A stretch of DNA of 64,000 nucleotides from Bacteroidota bacterium (lineage in GTDB: Bacteria > Bacteroidota > Ignavibacteria > UBA10030). A program made the position numbers and the translations under genes. The stretch covers positions 13,150 to 77,149 of the forward strand of contig JBEKOB010000005.1 in assembly GCA_049522195.1 (NCBI GenBank). The letters run 5' to 3'. Positions 58,273 to 64,000 of the stretch are shown here, in pieces. Under the pieces are notes generated by a model. The model was not told the DNA's origin and did not search any database. It worked only from the letters and a program-made list of their open reading frames with translations. Within the stretch, counting starts at the first letter, position 1. Each line of letters begins with the position of its first letter.

Positions 58273-59313
58273 TTGAGAGTACGGTACATTCTTGCCGTAC
58301 TGACAATGTTCAATTGCGGCGCCCTGATGGGTCAGCCGTCGCAGTCCGATCGGGCGATTTCTCTTCTCCTGTTCGGAGATGTCAACCTCGGTCGTATGGT
58401 CGGGCAGGAGTTGGTTCACGGCGACATCGGTTATCCATTTCGGTATGTGAGCAGCACGCTCTCGAAAGGAGATGTAGTCTTCGTGAATCTCGAGAGCCAG
58501 CTCTCAGATCAGGACGGCGAGACGCAACACCCGAAGTACAATCTCATTTTCACAGGGCCTCCGTCCGGGGCGGAGTCGCTCAGGGAGGCGAACGTTTCCG
58601 TAGTTTCGACAGCGAACAATCATGCATTTGACTACGGAATGAGGGCTCTGCGCGAGACGATCGTTCATCTCCAGGGATCCGGAGTAAGGGTCGTCGGGAC
58701 GTCGTTCGACTCAGTGGCAGGTTCAATCCCGGTAATTGTGGAACGGGAGGGGATACGCATAGGATTTCTCGCCTATGCTCAGTTCGTGAATCTCAAGGGT
58801 CCTTGGGCAGGACACATAGCATTGTATGACAGCATGCAGTGCGGGCGCGATATCGGGGAGTTGCGTTCCAAGGTTGACCTGATAGTCGTGAGCTATCACG
58901 GAGGAGTAGAATACACCGACAGCCCGTCGCCGAGGCTCCGCCGGGATTTACAGCTGCTCATCGACGCTGGGGCAGACCTGGTTGTGGGACATCATCCTCA
59001 CTATGTGCAGGGAATTGAGGCATATCACGGGAAGCTCATCTTCTATTCCCTGGGCAATTTTGTTTTCTACCAGCCACAACGTGAGTTGGCCACGTTTGGG
59101 CTGGGAGCGGATCTAGCGCTTACTCGCTGTTCCGGAAAAGTCCAAGTGGACCGTGCACGCCTTCTTGCGATACGCGCAGGGCTGCAACCGGCGTTCACAC
59201 TCACCAAGCCGGAGGAAGATTCCTTCTTCCTGCGACTGAAGAAATTATCGCCAGCGTTCATCGAACAGGCTGATGGAGCCTGGTTCGTTAACCTTCAACA
59301 TACCCAAGACTGA
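58273..59313 (+). CDS. CapA-family (poly-gamma-glutamate capsule/metallophosphatase-like) protein
   Basis: LLFGDVNLGR, ANNHAFDYG, VSYHGGVEY and GHHPH motifs. Confidence 0.8.
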   Translation: MRVRYILAVLTMFNCGALMGQPSQSDRAISLLLFGDVNLGRMVGQELVHGDIGYPFRYVSSTLSKGDVVFVNLESQLSDQDGETQHPKYNLIFTGPPSGAESLREANVSVVSTANNHAFDYGMRALRETIVHLQGSGVRVVGTSFDSVAGSIPVIVEREGIRIGFLAYAQFVNLKGPWAGHIALYDSMQCGRDIGELRSKVDLIVVSYHGGVEYTDSPSPRLRRDLQLLIDAGADLVVGHHPHYVQGIEAYHGKLIFYSLGNFVFYQPQRELATFGLGADLALTRCSGKVQVDRARLLAIRAGLQPAFTLTKPEEDSFFLRLKKLSPAFIEQADGAWFVNLQHTQD

Positions 59314-59322
59314 ACAAATACT

Positions 59323-60129
59323 ATGATTCGCAGCTCCTTTTTTGCCGTAGTAATTGGATGTGCACTGATACTCTCCGGTTGCGGTTCCACCAAGGAAGTT
59401 GAACAGCTCTCGGTCGAAAAACGATTCGAGCACGCTATGTCGCTCTTCAAGGAGGAGAATTACCTCGATGCGTATGAAGAGTTTCGAATCGTGACGCTCC
59501 AGTATCAGGGGAGCACATTTGCTGACGAAGCGCAATTTGATATGGGCGAGTGCCGGTACAAACGCGAGGAATATGTCCTCGCGGCGTATGAATACGACGT
59601 GCTGGTCCGTACGATGCCGACAAGCAAGTATGTGCCTCAGGCACGTTATCAGCGTGCAATGTGCTACTACCGGCTATCACCGCTCTACTACCTTGACCAG
59701 ACATACACTCGTCAGGCGATCGATGAATTTCAGTCATTCATCGAGTATCACCCAACGGACTCGCTGGTGACACAGGCAGAATTGAAAATTTCAGAGCTCA
59801 ATACGAAGATGGCGCGGAAAGAATACGAAAACGGCATTACCTATATCCATATGGAGTATTACAAAGCCGCTCTTACCGCGTTTGAACACGTCCTGGAGAA
59901 GTATCATGACTCGCCGTACGCAGAGCAAGCGCAGTACAAGAAAGCCGAAGTGATGCTTTTGCGAAATCATGTGAATGAAGCGAAGACTGAGATTGGAAAG
60001 TTCTTTGTGAAGTATCCGAATAGCGCCATGAGAGCGGATGCGGAAAAACTCCAGAAGGATATCCTGTCGCGGCCTCCGCAGAAACCGCCCGAACCTCGCA
60101 AGAATCCAACCGCGACGACCGAACGCTAG
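59323..60129 (+). CDS. bamD: outer membrane protein assembly factor BamD (TPR lipoprotein)
   Basis: Lipobox ILSGC, FEHAMSLFKEENYLDAYEEF and YHPTDSLVTQAELKI. Confidence 0.7.
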   Translation: MIRSSFFAVVIGCALILSGCGSTKEVEQLSVEKRFEHAMSLFKEENYLDAYEEFRIVTLQYQGSTFADEAQFDMGECRYKREEYVLAAYEYDVLVRTMPTSKYVPQARYQRAMCYYRLSPLYYLDQTYTRQAIDEFQSFIEYHPTDSLVTQAELKISELNTKMARKEYENGITYIHMEYYKAALTAFEHVLEKYHDSPYAEQAQYKKAEVMLLRNHVNEAKTEIGKFFVKYPNSAMRADAEKLQKDILSRPPQKPPEPRKNPTATTER

Positions 60130-60131
60130 GA

Positions 60132-60620
60132 GTGTCTGTCATGAAGCGAGAGCATATTCGTACTGTCATGGAATCCCAGGTGCAGATGGTGCAGATGGTG
60201 CTGCCGACTGACACCAATCGGCTCGGCAACCTCCTCGGAGGCCAACTCATGCACTGGATTGATATCGCTGCCGCAATCGCAGCATCGCGACATACGAATC
60301 GGGTCTGTGTCACGGCATCGGTCGATGAGTTGAACTTTCATCATCCGATACGGCAGGGGGACGTAGTGACTCTCGAGGCTTCCGTCAACCGGGTCTTCAC
60401 GACATCTCTCGAAATTGGCGTGCGGGTATCAAAGGAAAACCTTCTCACAGGTGAGCGGCAATTCACCAACACCGCCTATTTGACCTTTGTTTCCATTGAT
60501 GAAAGCGGTAAGCCAATCGCTGCCCCTCGCGTGAAACCCGTGACGAAAGAGGAGGAGCGTAGGTATGCAGATGCCTCAAGGAGGCGGAAACTGAGGTTGA
60601 AGCATCGCAAGCAACGGTAG
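60132..60620 (+). CDS. acyl-CoA thioesterase (hotdog fold)
   Basis: VLPTDTNRLGNLLGGQLMHWIDIAAAIAA... Confidence 0.8.
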   Translation: MSVMKREHIRTVMESQVQMVQMVLPTDTNRLGNLLGGQLMHWIDIAAAIAASRHTNRVCVTASVDELNFHHPIRQGDVVTLEASVNRVFTTSLEIGVRVSKENLLTGERQFTNTAYLTFVSIDESGKPIAAPRVKPVTKEEERRYADASRRRKLRLKHRKQR

Positions 60621-60676
60621 AACTCATTTGTGGCTTAATTTCTTTCCGCTTTATGATGCGTAGGTGACAGAAACTC

Positions 60677-62908
60677 GTGATCAACCACTCTGAATCAGCA
60701 CATTATTCATCTCAATTCGTCGCTGCCACTCTCGTTTCGTTTTGGCTTACCCTCTGTCAAACCAGCGCACAATCCCGCGAGACGGCATTCGGCCAGGTAC
60801 ACCTTTCCGCCGTTCCGTCCAAGGTTGAACATTTTGTGTTGAACACGAAAGCAGGTGAGCGCCCAGTCCTGTATTTCTGGAACGCCCACGGCACCAACGT
60901 GACATCTGCGAGCGTAGATTCGACCGGTACCGCAGTGGACTGGGCAGATCACTACCTAACGACTCCGATTGACGATTTCATGGTGGTGGATTTCCCTCTG
61001 GATCGTAAGCGTGTTGGTGTAGGAGTAGATCGGGTTGCCCGCTCCCTTTCTTTCTTTGAAAATCTCGCATCTGATACGTTGCGAGCGGTGTCCGTGGTCG
61101 AACTCCCCGTTGTTCCCCGAAGTGTCGTTTTTGGAGATCTAAACGGCGACAAGAGGATGGATTTTCTCGTCTTTGACCGCGAAACGCCCGGCGCAATTCC
61201 GTATTTCGGTTTAGGGAATGAGAAGTTCAAGCCGGGGAAAATACTTGCTCCTGACAATGCGATCGGCAACCTGAAGTTGGTCCACCTGAACAACGACAGT
61301 CTCCTCGATATCGTGTTCTACGATTGGGTGCGCAGTGAACTGCATTTTCTTTACGGGGTGGGCCAGGGAAAATTCCTGGACCAGGCAAGCACTGTCATTG
61401 AAGGCGACGTGCGGGATTTCCTTGTGACACCTCTGACAGCACACGGCAACCTGGATATCCTTCTGGCTTGCCGGCGCCCTTCAAAACTGGAAATCCTCCA
61501 GGGGAATGGACTCGGCGACTTCATGATGAGTCAACGCCTGAGTCTCAGAGAACCCTTCGTTTCGTTCACAGTTGGTGACGTCAATGGGGATGGCTACAAG
61601 GACATCGTTGGAGTCGACGGATCTTCCGTCCTTCACACGTTCCTTAATGGGGGGGATGATACGTTTGAGGAACATCTGGATTTTGCAGGAGGAAAGGACG
61701 TAACTGACTTCGCATTGTACGAGGAGGGACCGGGCAGCCTGACGGGAGTGTTCTTGCTCGACAAGGGCACACAACAACTTGTAACAATGTCAAACGCTCA
61801 GAAGGGGGCGCATCTTGCTGATTCGGTCGATCTCTCAACCGGAGTACGACCTCGGGGTGTGGCCATCGCCGATCTCAACGGCGACGGCGAGAGGGACATT
61901 GCCGTCGTGATGGGAGGGAGCGGCTCGATCTCATTCTACATGAATGGAGGGGTATCCGGTATCTACGGACAAATGGGGTACGCCTTGCAGGCAGGTGCGC
62001 ATGACGTGGTATTCCATTCTCTTGTGGACTCGACAGCTCGCTTGCTGATCTCCTATCCTGACTCGAAACAACTGTCTCTTTTTTCCCTGGATGAGAGGGA
62101 GCGAATAGCGACGAATGCAACAATTGGAACGGAGCGGTCTGTCGAGTTCTTGTATTGGAATGGACTTCGAAAACCGGCGATCGATTTCTATACGTTCAGT
62201 CCGCCATCAGCAACCGTTCCGGCATCGATGACTCTCTTCCAGGAGATCGGGTCCCACCAATTCATTGAGCAGAGTTTTCGTCTGCATCCAATGAATACTC
62301 TTCTCGGAGCTGGAATCGGAAGAATCAACAATGACTCGCTCCCCGACGTAGCGTATGTGTACAGGAACAATGTGACCGGGAGGAGTGAACTGGCCGTTTC
62401 GTTGGCAGACAGCCTGTTCACTTACAGGCAGAAGACGTTCTCCGTAGAACTTGGTGACAAGAACATCACACGAAGCTACGTCTGGGTCGTTGATTTGGAT
62501 AGGAGGGGTCATCCCGATATCGTCCTTCTTAACGTCGGCCCTGCCCCGCTTCTCGAGAGGCTGCGATGGCTGAAAGAGAGCACGTTCAGCCGTCCGGACA
62601 CGCTGGCGAAAGACCTGCGCATTGTGGACGACGCTCAGATCAAGTTCGTCGATGTCGATGGAGATGGCCTGATCGATATCGTTATCAGTGATTACGAAAG
62701 AGGGGAGATAGGATGGATGAGGGCGAAGGGAATGACATTTGAGCCTTTCCGGAGGCTCTGCTCTGTCCCTGCCCGAAGCCACTATGCATTGGGAGATTTG
62801 AACGGAGACGGAATACCGGACCTTGCAGTGACGTTGTCTGATTCCGGCATTCTGCGTATCTACGATGGAAAAGCACTGATCAGGAAAAGCCTTGAGAAAA
62901 GCCATTAG
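60677..62908 (+). CDS. FG-GAP/VCBS-repeat protein
   Basis: Repeated DLNGDxxxD, DVNGDGYKD and DVDGDGLID calcium-binding-like loops. 743 aa. GTG start. Confidence 0.75.
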   Translation: MINHSESAHYSSQFVAATLVSFWLTLCQTSAQSRETAFGQVHLSAVPSKVEHFVLNTKAGERPVLYFWNAHGTNVTSASVDSTGTAVDWADHYLTTPIDDFMVVDFPLDRKRVGVGVDRVARSLSFFENLASDTLRAVSVVELPVVPRSVVFGDLNGDKRMDFLVFDRETPGAIPYFGLGNEKFKPGKILAPDNAIGNLKLVHLNNDSLLDIVFYDWVRSELHFLYGVGQGKFLDQASTVIEGDVRDFLVTPLTAHGNLDILLACRRPSKLEILQGNGLGDFMMSQRLSLREPFVSFTVGDVNGDGYKDIVGVDGSSVLHTFLNGGDDTFEEHLDFAGGKDVTDFALYEEGPGSLTGVFLLDKGTQQLVTMSNAQKGAHLADSVDLSTGVRPRGVAIADLNGDGERDIAVVMGGSGSISFYMNGGVSGIYGQMGYALQAGAHDVVFHSLVDSTARLLISYPDSKQLSLFSLDERERIATNATIGTERSVEFLYWNGLRKPAIDFYTFSPPSATVPASMTLFQEIGSHQFIEQSFRLHPMNTLLGAGIGRINNDSLPDVAYVYRNNVTGRSELAVSLADSLFTYRQKTFSVELGDKNITRSYVWVVDLDRRGHPDIVLLNVGPAPLLERLRWLKESTFSRPDTLAKDLRIVDDAQIKFVDVDGDGLIDIVISDYERGEIGWMRAKGMTFEPFRRLCSVPARSHYALGDLNGDGIPDLAVTLSDSGILRIYDGKALIRKSLEKSH

Positions 62909-64000
62909 ACTAACAATCGTCTTGATTCTTCTGGGAATCTCCTTGGGGCAAATGTCCGGACAGGAGGTTCAGCAATCCGCGCGAATATCGCGAAACATCG
63001 CTTCGATAGTCGGGATGTCTCAGGAGGATGCAGGCAAGTGCGGAACGAGCGCGATGTTGTATGCGATGAGCCATATGGGCCAATTGACTATCGCTCAGCA
63101 ATTGAAGGTGACCCAGGCGATGCAGCGAAGCGAGATGCAGAAGAACCGGCTAAGTCCATCAGGAAGGTTCCGAATTCACTACGACACAACTGGCATTGAC
63201 GCGCCGGCACTGGTCTCGTCAGGGCCGAATTCTCAGCGTATACCAAATACGTACGAACAGTACGTCGATTCCACGGCATTGTTTTTCGATAACGCCTGGA
63301 AGCTCGAAGTCGATACCTTGGGTTATTCGCAACCTCCCTCCGATGGAAATGCGGGGGGCGGGCCAGAATGTGATGTCTATATCGAGAACCTGGGTTCAGG
63401 CTACTACGGTATGACTACCGAAGATGTGCTTCTTGAAGATGGGCCGCGACAACGATACACTTCGTTCATTTCGGTCCATAATGATTTTCTAGGATTCAAC
63501 TCCCCCGGAATGAACGGTCTCAGGGTCACGGCAGCACACGAATTCCATCATATGATCCAGCTTGGGATATATGGAATCTGGCAGACACAGCCTCAGTTTG
63601 ATCGTTGGTTTCTTGAGCTCACGTCTGTCTGGATGGAACATCTTGCGTACCCTCAAATCCACGATTATTATCAGTACCTGCCGAACTATTTCCAGCGATT
63701 CAAAGATGGCCTCAACCGATCGTATCAATTCAACGCCTCGACATTTGGCGGATACGAACGTTGTGTATGGGCGTTGTACATGGAAAAGCGATACGGCCGG
63801 AGCTTGATGAAGGACATCTGGGAGGGCATCAGAAAGGCACCTGTCCTGACGAGTATGTCATCGGCGTTTCCCGCATATGGAACGACGTTGGAGTCAGAGT
63901 ACGCGCTTTTCAACACCTGGAACTATTACACGGCAGACAGAGCGGATCCGGCTCGCTCTTATGATGATGGCAAGAATTATCCGCGATTGACACCAAACGT
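62892..64000 (+). CDS. putative secreted zinc metalloprotease (HExxH), 3'-truncated by the window edge
   Basis: Open frame with no stop from 62880 to the window end, absent from the ORF track. TTG 62892 gives a signal-like LRKAIRLTIVLILLGISLG. The HEFHH motif (TAAHEFHHMIQ) lies near 63537. Confidence 0.65.
   Translation, partial: MRKAIRLTIVLILLGISLGQMSGQEVQQSARISRNIASIVGMSQEDAGKCGTSAMLYAMSHMGQLTIAQQLKVTQAMQRSEMQKNRLSPSGRFRIHYDTTGIDAPALVSSGPNSQRIPNTYEQYVDSTALFFDNAWKLEVDTLGYSQPPSDGNAGGGPECDVYIENLGSGYYGMTTEDVLLEDGPRQRYTSFISVHNDFLGFNSPGMNGLRVTAAHEFHHMIQLGIYGIWQTQPQFDRWFLELTSVWMEHLAYPQIHDYYQYLPNYFQRFKDGLNRSYQFNASTFGGYERCVWALYMEKRYGRSLMKDIWEGIRKAPVLTSMSSAFPAYGTTLESEYALFNTWNYYTADRADPARSYDDGKNYPRLTPN

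Overview
The window is a mostly housekeeping chromosomal segment from a diderm bacterium. BamD, an outer-membrane beta-barrel protein and a Spy/CpxP-type periplasmic chaperone indicate a diderm. RNase Y, a class 1B PyrK/PyrD pair, a split methylmalonyl-CoA mutase and a PTPS/FolE/SDR pterin cluster suggest an FCB-group (Ignavibacteria/Chlorobi-like) lineage, but that placement is inference only.

Genes are tightly packed and mostly on the + strand. Recognised blocks, in order:
- thrS-infC-rpmI-rplT-pheS-pheT
- zapA and rny
- coaE, argD-like, purF, ftsY, mutL
- split MCM genes
- a minus-strand nfeD-SPFH-polB operon
- two divergent tRNA-Ser genes
- a PerR/peroxiredoxin module and a pterin cluster
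- pyrK-pyrD-folC, then rho
- thiolase/hbd/acyl-CoA dehydrogenase
- LemA/TPM and DAHP synthase
- a PAS histidine kinase with two response regulators
- htpX, gdh, capA, bamD
- an FG-GAP protein, then an open-ended HExxH metalloprotease ORF that the ORF track does not list

I saw no CRISPR array, transposase, intact integrase or recognisable defence system.

The observations most worth a second look:
1. A roughly 245-nt RNA element between zapA and rny, closed by long-range helices and a U-tract. It is a 6S-like or rny-leader candidate.
2. A Pol II-like family-B DNA polymerase with intact polymerase motifs but a degenerate 3'-5' exonuclease ExoI site. Its start overlaps the stop of the upstream stomatin gene in an nfeD-SPFH operon.
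3. A 97-aa GIY-YIG nuclease ORF wedged between an intact tRNA-Val and a perfect 29-nt duplicate of that tRNA's 3' end.

All family calls come from motif recognition by eye. No database search was run.
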